A DNA stretch of 63,978 nucleotides, filler included, from Choristocarpus tenellus KU-1152 (taxonomy: Eukaryota > Protista > Phaeophyceae): the NCBI GenBank assembly GCA_964200185.2. It is 13 parts of 13 records of this genome, joined end to end, with 100 filler letters (N's around TTAATTAATTAA, not from the genome) between each part and the next. Parts side by side here need not be neighbours in the genome. Positions count along the whole stretch, not along the records: positions 49,371 to 61,079 come from CAXNAD020002175.1; positions 61,180 to 63,978 come from CAXNAD020024653.1; 11 more parts are not named here. The stretch is one strand, 5' to 3'. This document shows, piece by piece, positions 49,301 to 62,206 of this stretch (position 1 is its first letter; the number at the start of each line of letters is the position of its first letter). The notes under the pieces are model-generated. The model ran no database searches and had not been told where the DNA came from. It worked only from the letters and a program-made list of their open reading frames with translations. The position numbers were made by a program, and so were the translations under genes.

Positions 49301-50452
49301 NNNNNNNNNNNNNNTTAATTAATTAANNNNNNNNNNNNNNNNNNNNNNNNNNNNNNNNNNNNNNNNNNNNGTGAAAGAGTTCAGTCAGGTGATTGTGATT
49401 GCCCCCTTGAGCAAAAAAGAACTTGGCACCTTTGACACTTTCACATATATATTGATATATTGTTACATATATTATTATGCCCTTTGACATTTTGCAGACA
49501 TATATATTAGGGGAAAAAACAATGAAAAGCCAATTCAATACCATAAAGAACCCCTGAAAAAGTAACAGTTGTCGTAATTGTTAAAGACATATCTCCAAGA
49601 TCTATTTACTGTTTCCATACCGTTGTTTGTTCCTCTCCTTTCCCTGTCCTGTGTACCTGTTGTCGCCTTCCTCCATCACCGTCCCAGCCCCATCTCTTAT
49701 TCACAGTGAAGAAATTGTGCACACAGACACACACGCACACACACACACACCAGAAGAAATATAAAGAAGATTGAGACAAAATAAATACTACAACAAAAGG
49801 AAAGGACCAGAGGCACCAAACTGAAAAACCCCCGAGGCAAGAAACAATAAGGATGGAAAAGCCCAGCGAAGGAGGGCGTTTGGGCGCGGCCCAACCCAAG
49901 CTCAGGTAGATGCAGGACCATCCCCTATGGATGAGGCAAAGACTGCACGGGAATAATTCAAGTCCACCTTCCCGACAGTGCCCTGGTTGTCGAGCACAAC
50001 ATGAGCAAGTGAATTGGTGGGGGAGCTTATGTAGCATGAAGTTGGTTGTAGGAGAGGACAACGCGTATCTGAATAAAAGGTGGGAAAGAGACACCAGAGA
50101 TGTCCAGCATCACTATACAATCATCAAGTGCGTGAATGTATCTTGTCTTTCTTATATACTCCTGATAATTGTGGACATATATATAAAGGTAGATTCTGCA
50201 CCTGTGAGGGGCCAGGATGATCACAGTGTACTTTCCTGGTTTCATAGGAGCAACTTTAACTTATTGAGATGGTTTGGTGTCCAAAGTATGACCATTTCCC
50301 AGCTCAGTTGATAATTCAACATGTGACCAATGCTGTCCAGTTTATCAAGATTTGACCCGATAAGGTTATGGTTTAATACCAACCCTCCATGCAATATGTA
50401 GAACCCCCATTGAAACTACCCTGCCACTTGAATTAGTTTACCATCTCCTGCC

Positions 50453-50973
50453 AAGCCGAAGTATCTTAGAGGGTACGGCCGCGTCCATTTGGGGGCCAAA
50501 ATGCAATGTTGCGATTTTGATGTAATTTTGGCTTTCGTGTATGTTAGGAAGTGGAGTGAAAGTATCTTAGAGGGTACGAGTTTTGCCCTGTTTGTCCGTT
50601 TGGGGCTTGGCTTCCCAAGGGTTTTTTATGAGGTTTTCCTACTCTGAAATGTTTCGGAGTAAGTAAATTGTATACCTTATGAAAAGGTGTGTTTGGAACA
50701 AGCGTATTGACACTTCCTAGCGAACACGATAACCAAAATTACATAAAAATTGCAACATTGGATTTTGGTCCCCAAATGGACACGGCTTTACCCTCTAAGA
50801 TATTTTCGGTCAGTGTCAACATCGTTGTTCCGGACACACCTTTTCATAACGTATACATTTTAGCTACTCCGAAACATGTTGGAGTAGGAAAATGTCATTA
50901 AAAAAAACATGGGAAGCCAAGCCCCAAATGGACAAGCAGGGCGAAACTTGTACCCTCTAAAGTACTTTCAATC
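50453..50973. mobile_element. Nested MITE A pair: outer copy (TSD TGCC) containing an inverted inner copy 50554-50811 (TSD AGTG)
   Basis: The empty site ggaagtgtcaa is known from other A copies; here agtg is duplicated around the inner copy. Confidence 0.92.
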
Positions 50974-51997
50974 TGCCACATTACCTTGTTGATATGGCCC
51001 AGTGGTCAGGACAACTGTTGCATTATCTGGTGCTGATGATAATCCCATTTTGTTATTAACAACCTGTTTTAATTCCATCCTCCTGCCCATTGCAGCCATC
51101 GCAACTCACTAAACTGTCCAAAGTACACCAGTCTACTGCATATGTAATGCGTCTACTTTGTATCACCCAACAAAAAATTCAGTTTTCAATTTTATTTTTC
51201 CGTTCACTGTGTGATACACATGTTTGATGTGCCATATTTCTACTTCAATATAATTTGTAGAGATTCTCACCTGAAGACGATTTATCATCACTCACCTCAT
51301 TCACCCTCTCCTAAAAAATGACCTTATTTAGGAATTGAAAACGCCACTATCCTACTCACTCACACACCGAGAATAGCAATTTTCTTTTCTTTGGGGTCAA
51401 GGTGCTGGTGATAACAAAGCGATGGACGTAGGCCAATACAGATATTGTGTAAGAGTGAACAGATGTGTATTCTGTATAGAGAGCTCTCTATCTAGATATC
51501 GCCATACATGTTGTTTCCAACCCCCTGCTTGGCTTTCATCCCTGCCCCGTTTGACTGCAACTCACTCCCTTTCATTATGCTAAGGGAGGGAGGGAAGGAA
51601 TAGGGACAGTCAGCTAACCCAATGATGATAGTGAAAAGACTTGAGTGCCAACAGAAGTGAAGAGCATAGAGGGAGTGGCTGTGGTGAGGGATTTGATCAC
51701 CTACACAGTTGCTTGTCCGCAGAGCTGGTTCGTTAGGAGGAGCGGTTCCTGTGTATGTAAGACTTTGGTCCATGAATATAGTAGTGTGGGTAGTGAGTCC
51801 TTTGAATTCACAAAATCAACTGCAGTGTGTGCGAAAATGATGGTGTTCGTGTGTTGATGTCCTGAGGGAGTGAATTTTGTTGTGGACGTTGTCTTGAAGG
51901 TCATGACGGGGCAGGGCTTGAGAGAATCAACCTGGAATTATAATATACTCTCCAAATTGTAGTTCCTAGCTGTCAATTGTACTTGTAGGTGATTACA

Positions 51998-52255
51998 GAG
52001 TGAAAGTATCTTAAGGGTACGAGTTTTGCTCTGTTTTGTCCATTTGAGGCTTGCTTCCCATTAGTTTTTTTATGACATTTTCCTACTCCGAAATGTGTTG
52101 GAGTAGGTAAAATGTATACATTACGAAAAGGTATATCAGGAACAAGGATATCGACACTTCCTAACAACCACGATGGCCAAAATTACATCAAAATCGCAAC
52201 AATGCATTTTGGTCCCCAAATGGACGCGGGCCTACCCTCTAAGATACTTTTGCTC
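51998..52255. mobile_element. MITE family A copy
   Basis: Full-length; aca/aca flanks. Confidence 0.88.
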
Positions 52256-55200
52256 ACACAGTTGCATGAACTATACTGAGAGCAGGGTACACATTATCCA
52301 CTCTCAAGCAAAGAATCAATCAATCAGTGGATGGCTTCGTGAGTGTGGTTAATCTCAACAAAGCAGTTGTTTCGAAGTACAGAGTACTGGCTGTATAGCG
52401 AGTGCCGCTCTATCTTCCTCCTCAAGAAAGGAGTAATAGAGTACTGCCTGGAGGAAATGGCTCGGTTGCTCTACAAGGAAGGGGTAGTTTGCTTGGTCTA
52501 TAGATTATTGCCTGTAGTGGGTGGCATCGTACCTTCCCCTTCAAGAAATAAGTAGTTTACTTGGCCTAAGGAATATGAACAGTAACAAGTCACTCTAACT
52601 TCCTCTCCGAGGAAGAAGTTTCTAGATGGGTCCATCTAAATAAGAGAAGAGGTAGTGAGTGATATTGTAGATTGATCTCCAAGGAAGTAGTTATTCGCAC
52701 CTTTAGGATAATATATCACTCAACACCATTACGCCCATTATACTGACTGATGACAGAAATATATGGAATGTTTTGTAGTGCCCAACACTCCAGTCCAAAT
52801 CATATTCAACACTATGCAGTGCCCCCATCATCAAATACATAAATACTTGAGTACACTCAACACTACTGCGTAATGGTTGTAACGGTAGTGGAGTCCAGAT
52901 CATAAATAACGTATGTTGTAACTTTGTTGTGAAATAGTTTACCTTATAGCACACAATGTCATGTGAAATAATGTGGTACAAGACAACATAGTATTACCGC
53001 TTACACTCTCCAAAGTGCTGTTATGTACTACAAACTTCAATATTCTTGGAGTGCTCTGTCCCTAGGAGACACACATGAGATGGAATGAATATGGCTTCGT
53101 TGTCATCCTCACCCATCTCCACGCCACATTGAAGGTATTATTAATTTGGAAATCTAGTACATGACTTGCTTGGAAGCACGACAAGACCGTGGGATCATCA
53201 TCACTGTGATTCGTACAAACATTCTTCCTTGTCTCCCTATGCTATTCATGATGAAACTGCTCTGTGTCAACCCTCCTCACAAATGCCACCTCCCTGATAG
53301 TACTGCAAGTGGAAGCTGGAGGAGGAAAGAGCAAGGGTAGTCCACACAACAAAATCTTGCCAAGAAACCTAGCATCATTGTATGCCCACGCTGGTGTACA
53401 CGACTCAGTGGTTACTCCCAGGCATCGCCCAGATACCTAATGTTCTGACCCTGTTCATGTTACCATGCGCAGGCAATGCAACCGGAATAATCTCACGCAA
53501 TCAACCATGCTATCCCTTCGAAATCTGACTTCTCGTGTCTTGAGGCGGATACCTCATTCCGAGGCTAAAACAAGCAATATGCAAATCAAGGCACAATCCA
53601 AGTACAGGACCGTCTGCCTCTCACCCTCTTCCACCTGGATAGAAGTTCTCTTCAAAATCCACTGAAAAAGACAACACTATGTTGGGAAAGGGACTAAGAA
53701 GCATGATATTAAGGTGAAGGCACTTGCACCACCTCCACTTTCATATTCATCTCCCCTTCACCACTGAATTGCTTGTCAGCTCCAGCCGTGTTGGGCGTGC
53801 AATCGCCATCAACACTGCCTCTTGCCCCTCCTACCCCCATGGCAAGACCACCCAATGTGAGGGGGATCAGATGTGGGCAAGGGTAAAGGTGACATGTGTT
53901 GAGGGAGTAGAGAAACAGACTGCAGGAAGATATGTATTTGCCTAGGGCGTGTCAGCACCGCTGGTGAAGGGGAGCCTAAACACGATGTATGTGAAAGGCA
54001 ACATGGAGTTGGAGAGGCTCAATCCGAGACTGCTCAAGGAAAATGAAGGGCCTCGACCAGCAAGGGTATTCCATCACTCCTAGTCATTTTCATGTTCCTC
54101 GTCATTCAACTTCGTCTTGTACACAAATTGGTAAGTAGTGCCATCAGGGGGGGGAGATTCGGTTAAAAGACGTTGCAAACTGGATGCAGATGGAATATTT
54201 AATGGAAGCGCCTTAAGTTCAATTGGCTGCTGGAAGGCATATGAGAGTGGGACTAAGCTTATATTAATGCATTTACATAAGCTGTTGATACTAAGTCAAG
54301 TTAGTTGGCATAACTACTCCGGAATATATGGACTGCATACAAACGTGCACTTGACACATTGAGTACGTCTAAGAAACACCAAATTATTTCTACAGCACTT
54401 CTCTCTCATTTGATTCTATGACCTCTCCACAAGTGAAGCAGCATATCTTGTAGAAAATCGGGGAAGAGAATGTCTTATAAAATAGAAAAAGGAGGAAAAA
54501 ACATCAGCCCTGATGTGATTGAACATTTTCCTCGTCCATAAATACCCGCCTCAAAGGGAACCTTTGCCGCTCCACCATCTGTTATAGAATGGAAGAGTTC
54601 ATCACCACACCCACCATGCTCGGGTACTTCAATAGTAGCTGTCTGTCCCTCCCCCCTAGTTGTACCAATTTCTGAATGTTGAAGTTGTGGAAATAAAACC
54701 AAGAATTGTCCGGGTGCTCCCCATGTGTACACTCCGCCGTACAAGGCTCAATCATCACTCTCTTGGTGCGTCTAGAACACACCAGCTTCAGGTTGTCGAG
54801 GTCCCCTGATTCTCCTTCCTCTGACTAGCTAGATTGAGCGATCAAAAGCTCCTGCCGGTTCCATTCCTTGCCCTCCTTGCCTCAAGACTAGCAAGTTTCG
54901 ATCTGATGTGGCTGTTGATATATGACTGTTCAATCCACGACCTCCATTATTCCGCTGTGATTCATTGCCCCCCTTTGTGGACTAGTGACATCATCAGACG
55001 AGAGGTAGTATCAGAAACGGATAAGGGCGAGGCCTCTCCTTTTGGAACCCCCTTGACCATCGTGAGAATGTTGGGCTAGATGGTGATCGTCCAAACGTAT
55101 GTTGACCAACAATTTCCCAGAAAATGCCCTTTCCTACTCCAGCACCTGCATCACCTCCAACGACTCCATGCCAGTCTGTTGATTGTAAAGTCATACTCGC

Positions 55201-56323
55201 AGTCCCCTCACCCAACCCATCACCAGCACTTCATAAAGACATTTATTATTTTCTTTCCCCCCTGTCACCTCGGCCACATCCTTTGGGCTCAGCACTACCT
55301 CCTCCTCCTCCCATTTTGAGAAGCTTATTTGCGAACGTTGGATGAGGGCTAATGGAGAGGTACGCACTAGTTGTTGCCACTCCTGCTGTTTCCTCTTTCG
55401 GGACTTTTCAATCGCATTGATTTGCCCTCCTGTCACCTCTATCTTTGCTGCTGCTGCTCGAGCTACAGTTCCACATGTAGATGTTCCAGGTCCTCCTTTG
55501 GTCCCCCCCCCCTCCTTCACTCGCTCACAGTACATTCCCCACCCCCCCACCTCTGCAACAGTTGGTTCGACACCAATCACTGCTCACCACAGCAAAGCCC
55601 TCCCAAGGATCCACTCCACCTCCTCCATCACAAACTCCAATAAAACCATGACCTCGTCTACTGTATTTTTTCTTCATCTTCTCCTCCACACTGTTTCTTG
55701 CTACTCCCTACCCCCCCATCTTAGCACTTCTCTTTCACCTCTATCATGAACTCCTCCATCAACCCCATCCCATCTTCATCACGTTTTGCACATCCTCCCT
55801 AGGCCATGACTGCTGACAAAACCGCCTCCACCTCTCCCTGTGCCCACCCACTCCCTGCACTTACAACCTGACACTTCTCCAACACACCTCAATCTCTCCC
55901 TTCTGTCACCCTTTCCTGTTACCTAACACATTTTCTGCTGCTGCTACTGCTCTTGTCCCTGCCCCTGTCCCTCTCTTAGCTGATATTGAAAGTACTCCTA
56001 CAATTGCATTCACTTTCTTCTCTTGTAACTCTCAAGTCTCCATTGTCCTCTTGCCTTAGCCTATTGCTCTTGCCTGCCACTTGTCCACAGTTTCGCAGCG
56101 AGGGGGATCCAGTCCTGGCAAGAGCTGTGTGATACACATGGCAGGCCTTTTTGTTGCCAGTTGGAGTCAGTACATAGAGCCAAAGTCAAAAGGTCAAAGT
56201 GCACAAGAGATCCAGCATAACAAATGTCTATTGCAACACATACATTGGACACGTGGATGCCAGCACACCTCAGTGTCCATAGCAGGGTGTTCCTCATAGG
56301 GCACACCAAACCTCTTGGGCCAA

Positions 56324-56864
56324 GGCTCAGCGTATCTGGTGGGGGGGTGCCGGCTGTTGATTCGGGGCCCATTTTTGCATGTCGCGATTTTTGGGTGATG
56401 TAATGCGTCGGATGTATAATGTAAATTCATATCTCCTGGTCATGGCCCGAATGTTGTAGACTCCCCCCCCCCCCCCGCCCCCGCCCCCGCCCCCGCCCCC
56501 GCCCCCAGGTACTTTGAGCCCAAGCAAGTCTTCATAGCAAACTACCCAACCCTAGTATCATACACTCCAGAGCAGATTATTCCAATATATTCCGAAGGAA
56601 TGAGTGAAAGTATCTTAGAGGCTACGAGTCTTGCCCTGTTTGTCCATTTGGGACTTGACTTACCATGGGTTTTTTTATGACATTTTCCTAATCTAAAATG
56701 TTTAGGAGTAGGTAAAATGTATACGTTATGAAAAGGTGTGTCCGAAACATGGATATTGACACTTCCTAACAAACACGATAGCCAAAATTACATCAACATC
56801 ACAACATTGTATTTTGAACCCCAAATGGACGTGGCTCTACCCTAACCCTAAGATACTTTGGCTC
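56324..56864. mobile_element. Adjacent MITE B (56324-56520) and MITE A (56602-56864)
   Basis: TIRs and internal homology. The B copy carries a (CCCCCG)n array; the A copy has CCCTAACCCTAA in its right TIR. Confidence 0.85.
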
Positions 56865-56925
56865 ATAGAGGGACAAGAGGAGGGCACAAGAGGATGCTGG
56901 GGGGACTGGAAGGAACCAGTGTATA

Positions 56926-57828
56926 TCACAAACACTCCCTGTCTTGATCTTTTCTAGATACCTTTCGCTTGGCTTCATGCTTCGCTGCCTCATTCTCTCT
57001 CGCCCTTGCGTCCTGATACTTCCTTTCCTGAAGTAGGCGCCTCTTGCGAAGGGCGCGTTTCTTCTCCTGCTCTGCGCGCGCGAGTGCTTCTGCTTCTTTT
57101 CTGGCCAGTGCTCTCTTCATCTCTGTCTCAGTCCATGCCGCCAGTTCAGCCTCCTCTGGTCCAATCATCGAAGCAGATCTGCCCCCTATGACACCTGCAC
57201 CGGCACCTAATCCAATGCATCCTGCCTCAGTGCCTGCCCCTACATCCTCTCCCCCAGCTGCCTGCCACATTCCTTGCCTAACTCGTTTTGCATTTTTGCC
57301 TCTGGGGAAGATACTGGCCAGACTACCTGCCCTGCCCTGTGCCCTCAAGTCCACCTTGTGTTTACGCGGTCCCTCCCCTTGCCCCAGCTTTACAACAGGG
57401 GCACCCATGTCCCACCAACCCCGGTGATCTCGCCGTTCCCATGCACCATCACACTCCAAACCTACCTGATTCTCTGGTGCATTCATTGATCCACATCTTG
57501 GACGCCTCTTCCCTGCTTTTCCCTGCCTAAGCTTGACCTCCTCACACTTCTGTGGTAGTGGGGGGTGTAGACCTCGGAGTGGGCGAGAGAGACTACCGTG
57601 TTGTACAATACTTTGACGGATCTCCAACCGACGAAGGCGGCAATAGCGAAGCTTGCAGCGAGCGGCTTGAACAATGACATTAGATGAGGATCGTCGCAAA
57701 TTCATCCATGATAGTAAGGCCGCCTGGATTATTCGGGCACTGCGATTACCACGAAAGATGCGCAAGCTGATGATGCTCCTGCTGACGAAGCATGACTCCT
57801 CCAAGATTTCTTCTACAAACGACTCCAC
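56926..57828 (-). CDS. IQ-like motif / charged coiled-coil protein, exon 3 (ends at stop 56926 or at a donor after 56962)
   Basis: cag acceptor, phase 0; ~300 open codons; SARIIQAAL IQ-like motif and an E/K/R-rich helical tail. Confidence 0.65.
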   Translation of the reverse strand: MESFVEEILEESCFVSRSIISLRIFRGNRSARIIQAALLSWMNLRRSSSNVIVQAARCKLRYCRLRRLEIRQSIVQHGSLSRPLRGLHPPLPQKCEEVKLRQGKAGKRRPRCGSMNAPENQVGLECDGAWERRDHRGWWDMGAPVVKLGQGEGPRKHKVDLRAQGRAGSLASIFPRGKNAKRVRQGMWQAAGGEDVGAGTEAGCIGLGAGAGVIGGRSASMIGPEEAELAAWTETEMKRALARKEAEALARAEQEKKRALRKRRLLQERKYQDARARENEAAKHEAKRKVSRKDQDRECL

Positions 57829-58384
57829 CTGCTCTAAAGGGAAGTTGTGATGAGGTGGGTTAGAGCTACATGCGGACAGGTGCAAGTGCAGTTGTAGGCT
57901 TGTTTTGCTTTCAGTTCAAACAATTCAGGGTCAAGTGTGAAGATTGTTTTGTGGCAATCACTTTCTCTCATTTTCTTGCATCACCATTTTCTTGGTCCTG
58001 GAATGCTTGCTTTCATTGTACTCATATCCTTTTCCCCATCTTGGGCAATGATACATTTTGTACATTTACAACCTCTGACTTCGAAAAAAAGATAGCTTTT
58101 GATGGCAGTTATGCCTATGAGCTAGCTTGATACAGGAAGAGTGTCAGCTCTCCATACAGCTCAATTGGTTGGCAAGGTCACCAACACTTGAACAACGAAA
58201 TGGAAATGGTAGATTATGAATTCTCTCAAAGGCAAAATAAAATTGAGATAATTCTGCAGATAGATGGAAAGCTACTCGACATATTGAGCCTCTTAGACAT
58301 ACTAAGTGTCTTTGCATAGGTTTGTTATTGTCCCACTACAAATAATGAGCACTAGAGTAGTAGCAGCAGCGGTTAAAGTCTCAC

Positions 58385-58657
58385 CTCGACGCCCAGTCGT
58401 CGAATGACCCTATTGATGATGGCTCTTTTCATTGCAAATCGGTTTAGTATGTACCGGGCCCAGTGGACAATTTTTATGACAGCAGTCCGACGCTTTCCAG
58501 CCTCTGTTCGCGCCTGTCTCCCACGCTCATGTCTTTGGAGCATCAACAGTGATTGCAATTTCATTTTTTGGTATTCCACCCTTCGACTCTCCCTATCTGC
58601 CTTACGTGCTGCCACTCTTCGTCGCTGTTCCTCGATGGCATGAAGCCGTTGCAATGC
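58385..58657 (-). CDS. IQ-like motif / coiled-coil protein, exon 2
   Basis: ttttcacag acceptor, gtgag donor; 273 nt, phase 0/0; LLMLQRHERGRQAR is IQ-like. Confidence 0.75.
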
Positions 58658-59033
58658 CTGTGAAAATTGGTAGTACGGCCAGGACAGGAGGTATTGCAGT
58701 ACAAGTCGATACAGCTTCACAACCAAAGACTCAATCAACTACTCTATTTTGATCTACCCTACAACTCCATATCCTCTGCTCTGGTGTGTAGGAAACAAAA
58801 CACAACTCTTCATGTGTGTATATGAGGCCACTCCATTGCTCATGGATATGACGGTGGGTTGGCTCAAGGGCCGAAAGAAGGGAGAAAAGTCACATGTCAC
58901 TTGTTGCACTCATCCAAGGTTGAAGAAATTACGCACACACACGTTGGTGGCGAGAGGTGACGATAGAGAGGGACAGATATTTAGGAGATGGTCAGCGTCT
59001 GCTCACTCGTGACATCTTAAGTTCTCAACTTAC

Positions 59034-59216
59034 TTCTTGCATTCGGTGGCGCTCCCGCTCCACCTCCTCCACAAGGTGCGCCCGCTTGGCATCGTCGTGA
59101 CCATGGCGAGTGCAATGTGAAATTGACACACTACCCAACCCAGCCCTTGGTCTCTTCTTGCCCCGCCAGACCGATTCATCCTCTCGACCCATGTTTTCAC
59201 AATGCGATGCCAACAT
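59034..59216 (-). CDS. IQ-like motif / coiled-coil protein, exon 1 (ATG at 59216 or 59192)
   Basis: ...HLVEEVERERHRMQE|gtaagt, phase 0, continuing into ALQRLHAIEEQRRR. Confidence 0.65.
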
Positions 59217-59440
59217 CCTGGCGAGGAGAATGAGATATCTGAGTGATGGTTTGCTTGGTGCATCATAGGCTCTACAATATGTCGTATGCAGGGTGGAAGG
59301 AAAATTCAAATCGGGCCGTTTCACCGTTTGGAATTTAGGGTTAGGGTCTTTTTTAAGCTGGTGGGTTGGATGCGACAAAGCAAGGTCTCTCTCTCTGTTC
59401 TGCACCGTCTGGTAAACTGACAGGGAATAGGGAGAGGAGA

Positions 59441-59570
59441 ATGGGCCTGTCATGGAAAAACGTACTTTCTACGTTTATGTTGCTACTAAACATCGGTCTA
59501 CCGCCATGCTGTGCAAGGGAGATCGACACGATTGGCTTTACAATGCCATTTACTTACTTCAATCCCAAAG
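59441..59570 (+). CDS. L-type (legume-like) lectin, ERGIC-53/VIP36 family, exon 1 with signal peptide
   Basis: MGLSWKNVLSTFMLLLNIGLPPCCA-REIDTIGFTMPFTYFNPK, G|gt donor, phase 1. Confidence 0.7.
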
Positions 59571-59851
59571 GTGCTTTCTGCTTGAACCATCTTCGTGATT
59601 CGTTAGCAGGGATTCAAGGAAGGAAAGGGTCACATATCGATATGGTTCAACTATTTTCGCCCTTGACTGAGAATAGATTGCATTCTCTTCTGTCAGTGCT
59701 TCTCTATTTTTGGGTCCTACTGCGGGTGGGCGGTGTTGATGATTGATGTATCTAGTGAGGGTGATACTCGCTTTGCTGCCCCCACCTCAAAATTGGTCGA
59801 ATGCATTTAATCTCATTTCAGCTTACTCCGGACCGTTTATATGTCGGTCAG

Positions 59852-59983
59852 GCGAGAGAGCGGTCAAATACTTCATCAATGGAGGTGCGACGACTGTACG
59901 CCATGGCTATGTGCGACTGACCCCTGATCGCACAGAGCAAGCGGGCATGCTAACTTCCCAGATGTACTCATCCCTGGACAAAG
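59852..59983 (+). CDS. L-type lectin exon 2
   Basis: G-ERAVKYFINGGATTVRHGYVRLTPDRTEQAGML; the GGxT...VRLTPD motif of VIP36/ERGIC-53; gtagg donor. Confidence 0.8.
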
Positions 59984-60696
59984 GTAGGTATCCACGATGA
60001 CAAACACCCCAGCCCAACCATCTCGCAACGCAAAGGTCCCCAACACGAACCTCCAAACTGCTGCAATTACTTTAGTCTCTACCCCACATCACCACTTCTG
60101 ACAACCAACGCTATTGCCCTTCGGGTAAGCGCAGCCGCCACCGCCACCGCCGCCGCCTTACCCGTATAACTCTACTGTAAATGGTGAAACTAGTGTACTT
60201 TCTTGGTGCATGCAAAGCAAAACAGTAAGAAGACAACATCGAGGCCGAGTGTTCGTAGTGTTGGAACCTCCTTCATCGTTAAGGATTGTTTCCAGTCAGT
60301 CCTTCGCATCATTTAGTGGAGTTGCCTTGTGGAAGCCTTGTGAGATTTGTGTTGTTGGTGTTGACGCAAGAAACTAATGCCAAGAGGTCGCTTTTCCTGA
60401 TTGGCCAGGGCACTATCACAAAATCCTCTCCCGCTTCCACTGTGTGTGATGAGTTGAAGCTTGTTTATTGGCACCTGATCGATAATGTACGTTACTTATC
60501 ACGTGTAAGGAAGCACTAGAAAAGAGTATAATTCATTTGTTTGAAACTTTGGGGGGGGAAAAGTAGAATTGGACACAATTAAAAGCATTGTGGCGACACA
60601 TGTCCATGCATCCAAACGATGCATACAGAATAAGCCTGTTCGCGGCAAACTTGTCAAGCAAGCAACCTCATGCCCCACGATTTACTGTTCTTTAAG

Positions 60697-60870
60697 GACC
60701 CCCAAACACGCCCAAGAACGACCAGAAAGAGCAGTTCTCCGTAACTATGAAGTTTCGCATGAGTGGATCCAAGGAAAAACACTATGGAGACTTTTTGGCC
60801 TTGATGGTCGGGGATGGAAGGAAATTCTCAGCAAACCCATGGAAGCGAGGGCAGGGGCAGCAGCAGTCAG
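60697..60870 (+). CDS. L-type lectin exon 3 (boundaries less certain; possible GC donor)
   Basis: EQFSVTMKFRMSGSKEKHYGDFLALM fits F.vxxxFRxSG...GDGxAxW; in phase with exon 2. Confidence 0.7.
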
Positions 60871-61809
60871 GCAAGCCTTGTCAGTCATTCACCCCTCTCC
60901 CACTGTCAGTTACCATTTGTTACATATTCCTGACGATTACCCACTAGAACCCTCTACCAAGTGATAACGCCTTTGTTCCTACAGCGGTCTGTACAAACAT
61001 GCCTGCCAATAATACACCAAAACCCACACACACCTATTGAAGGTATTTTTCAACCCCCTTTCCCCCCCCCCCCCCCCCCNNNNNNNNNNNNNNNNNNNNN
61101 NNNNNNNNNNNNNNNNNNNNNNNTTAATTAATTAANNNNNNNNNNNNNNNNNNNNNNNNNNNNNNNNNNNNNNNNNNNNCCCATCAAGCCCCGGATGTAC
61201 AGCCTGGTCTAAATATTCCCCCCCCCCTCCCTCTAAGATACTATGGGCCTTGTGTCAACTACGGTATGGAAGGCCTCTACACGTATGTTTGCGGTAGGGT
61301 GTGCTTGACGCATTGCTGGCAATGAAATATCCAATAGGGTCTACAACTCACAAGGGCAACCTATTGGTGACCACCCCCCACTCTGATTCTTGTCCTTGGA
61401 AGGACAATAAAAAGAACAAGCGAACATAATATTTTCATTATTCTGAGCCAAACTAATTGAGAGGTAGTCCAGGTTGCATTTCTAGGACCCCGACAAAGGG
61501 CAAAAGGATTCTACTTTGTCAGAATGCAGAATGACCCGTTGCTGAATTGTGGCGTCACTTTTTTATGTGGAAAGGAGGAATATCAATTTTTCGTACACCA
61601 GTGAGCGCATGAAGCAGCGAAATAGAGTGCATTGCCAAGGGTAGGAAAGATGGCCTAGAATGCAAAAGAGTCCAGGCCCGCCTACCTACCTCTCATTTTG
61701 TTTGACTCTTTGATGATGATGGCGATGTTGATTGTGGCTCATTCAGTCACCCATTATCACTTTTGTTCCTTTTTTTGTCATGCTTTTATAATCATTCATA
61801 TTCGAAAAT

Positions 61810-62206
61810 GAGTCAAACCAATTCAGAGGTAGGCAGGGTTGCATTTTAAGGATCCCGACAAAAGGGGAAAATATGTAATTTTGTACTGCAATTGCAGATT
61901 GGGCATTTAACAGTCGATTTCAAAAATTGAGGATGAACATTTAAAAAAAAAACATATCGACACTCTATCCCAGTCAATTTTGGGTCAAGCCCATCCTCAA
62001 TGAAAAGCTCCATCCTCAATTTTTGAAATCGGCTGTTATTTGCTGAACTATGGTGTCACTTTGTTCGTGGAAAGGGAGAGTATCAATTTTTTTGTACACC
62101 ATTCGGCCACGAAAAGTAATTAAATAGACTGTATTGCAGTGGGTAAGAGAGATGGTTTAGAATGCAAACAGGTCCAAACCTGCCTACCTCTCAATTCGTT
62201 TGGCTC
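61810..62206. mobile_element. MITE family F copy (aat/aat flanks) containing a nested 131-bp MITE at 61908-62038
   Basis: Inner element has 28-bp inverted ends taacagYcgatttcaaaaattgaggatg; it is absent from the neighbouring F copy 61445-61708. Confidence 0.85.

Noticed and set aside
4503-61179. Regularly recurring TTAATTAATTAA palindrome
   Set aside because: Always centred in N-runs of identical total length; an assembly linker, not biology.
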